Shown here: positions 62,496-64,000 of the stretch, piece by piece
How the letters are laid out: the number at the start of each line of letters is the position of its first letter
Numbering within the stretch: the stretch's first letter is position 1
Assembly (NCBI GenBank): GCA_002269645.1
Contig: NIVC01000640.1
Span: 434,001 to 498,000 of the forward strand
Reading direction: 5' to 3'
DNA length: 64,000 nt
Source: Macrostomum lignano
Taxonomy: Eukaryota
Program-made: the position numbers and the translations under genes
The notes under the pieces: model-generated
The model's input: the letters and a program-made list of their open reading frames with translations, nothing else
What the model was told of the DNA's origin: nothing
Databases searched by the model: none

Positions 62496-64000
62496 GTAGC
62501 CAAGCGCAGTCTTTGGCGTCAGGCCGTCCAGGAGCTTATTGATGCAACGCTGAAAGCTGCCTGGACTATCGTGGAGACCATCGGTAGAACATTGAAACAG
62601 AATTGTCCGCGGTCAATCACAGAGAACGCCGTCAGGTGCTGATCGCAGTCGCGCAGGGGATCTGCCAGAATCCTTGAGCGAGATCCAAGCTAGAGTACCA
62701 CTGGGCACACGCAGCTTCGCGAAGGTCTCCTGAATGTGCGGCAGCGGGTACGGGTGGTACACACACTTGTCGTTGAGAGCTCTGAAGTCATGCACCAGCC
62801 TGATGTTGCCGTCCTTCTTGGGCACTATCAGCATTGGCGAGTTGTAGCTAGAATAAGCGGGCGAATGATGTGCTTCGCCAGCATCTCGTCTAGCAGGCGT
62901 CTAGCTTGTCCTTCAGATGAGGCGGGATCCTGCGCGGTGGTAGCGCAACTGGTGTCCGATCCTTCAGGATGATCTCGTGGGTCACCAGGTGTGTCAGGCC
63001 AGCGTCTAGCAGATGCTTCGAGAAGGCTGCTTGACACTCAACTAGTAGATCTCGCACTCTCTGTCGTTGATCTTCGGACAGCTCGCTGTTGATCTCGACT
63101 TCCTCTAGCCAAGCTGTGCTGGACTCTTCAGGGCTCCTTGGCAAATGTCGCACTTCAGGTTCCGGCGTCTCTTCCAGGTACATCAGGTCGGCAGTTCTAA
63201 GTGGTGTCGCAACACCAACGCGGATGCCCGACTGCAGGAACACCTCGCAGTCAGCAGTGTTGACGACCTCGATGTAGCCTCGACCTTCAGGCATCGTCAT
63301 CAGAGCTGGAGCTGCTTCCAGAGTGTTGCAGCTGGGGTGCAGTCTCGACTTCACCAGCTCGACGATTGATGGCGATCCTCGGTTCTCGGGTGGCCGACAT
63401 CCAACTGGACGGCCAACAGCGCTGAGCTTCTCGGCGGCAGAGTGCACTTCTCGGAGGTGTACACCCGGCATGATTGAAGCTCACGGCGCGAATATCGAAC
63501 GGGAATGCACGCGCCATTGTTGAACTTTAGCATTCCTTGAGCGAAGTCCAAGTTCTGGCAGTGCTCACGCATGAAATTAATACCAAGCAAATTTTCACAA
63601 TCGGTGACCGTGACCAGGAATTCGGTGTCCGCGACGACATCACCGAACTCCACCGGGATGATCACCTTACACGCAAGGGTAGCTGCGTACCGTCGTACAT
63701 GGTCACGCAATCCGGGATAGCATGCGATATAATACAACGAGGCATCCGACGTCTAACATTGGCCCAGGTCGACGCTCCAAGAAAGTTTTTCCGACTGCCG
63801 CTGTCTAGTAGGAAAGGGACTTCTCGGCCCGCCAATCGGCCGGTGACGTACGGATCGGCCTCACGCGCATGGATTTTTGATCATCGGAGGTGTCACGAAA
63901 CCTCCGGGCTCCGCGCCACTTACTGACGAGCGACTGTCGGACTGGGCATTGGCGCCTGCGCAGCCGACATCCTCTTCTTCTCGTGACCTCTCGGAGTCTG

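Overview
Eukaryotic (metazoan) genomic DNA with GT-AG introns, polyQ/polyA-rich proteins and a different minisatellite in most introns. The style suggests a flatworm such as Macrostomum, but that is inference only. Five spliced genes were reconstructed by hand with phase-consistent splice sites: (1) a 5'-partial Lhx2/9 (apterous) LIM-homeobox gene on + (6419-10461); and on - (2) a TTLL10-like tubulin glycylase homologue with altered catalytic residues (25061-11467), (3) a CUPID-domain gene (FRMD4/CCDC120/INAVA family) with no visible FERM exons (33952-26093), (4) a full-length glutaminase-ankyrin homologue in which nearly every catalytic residue is replaced (46738-39489), and (5) a 5'-partial MFSD4-like MFS transporter (54640-48661). 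The right end holds a Ty3/Gypsy retrotransposon on - (PR-RT-RH-INT). It has an extra ~416-aa Arg/Ser-rich ORF at the env position, and its single visible LTR (55953-56984) is preceded by a PPT and followed by a tRNA-Leu PBS, implying a tandem or circularly permuted element. Also present: a solo LTR with a 4-bp TSD, three copies of a tRNA-derived CORE-SINE, and about 30 tandem-repeat arrays. The long ORFs inside those arrays are artefacts. The most interesting signals are the two apparent pseudoenzymes and the unusual architecture of the Gypsy element. Residue numbering of reference proteins is from memory and should be confirmed by alignment.
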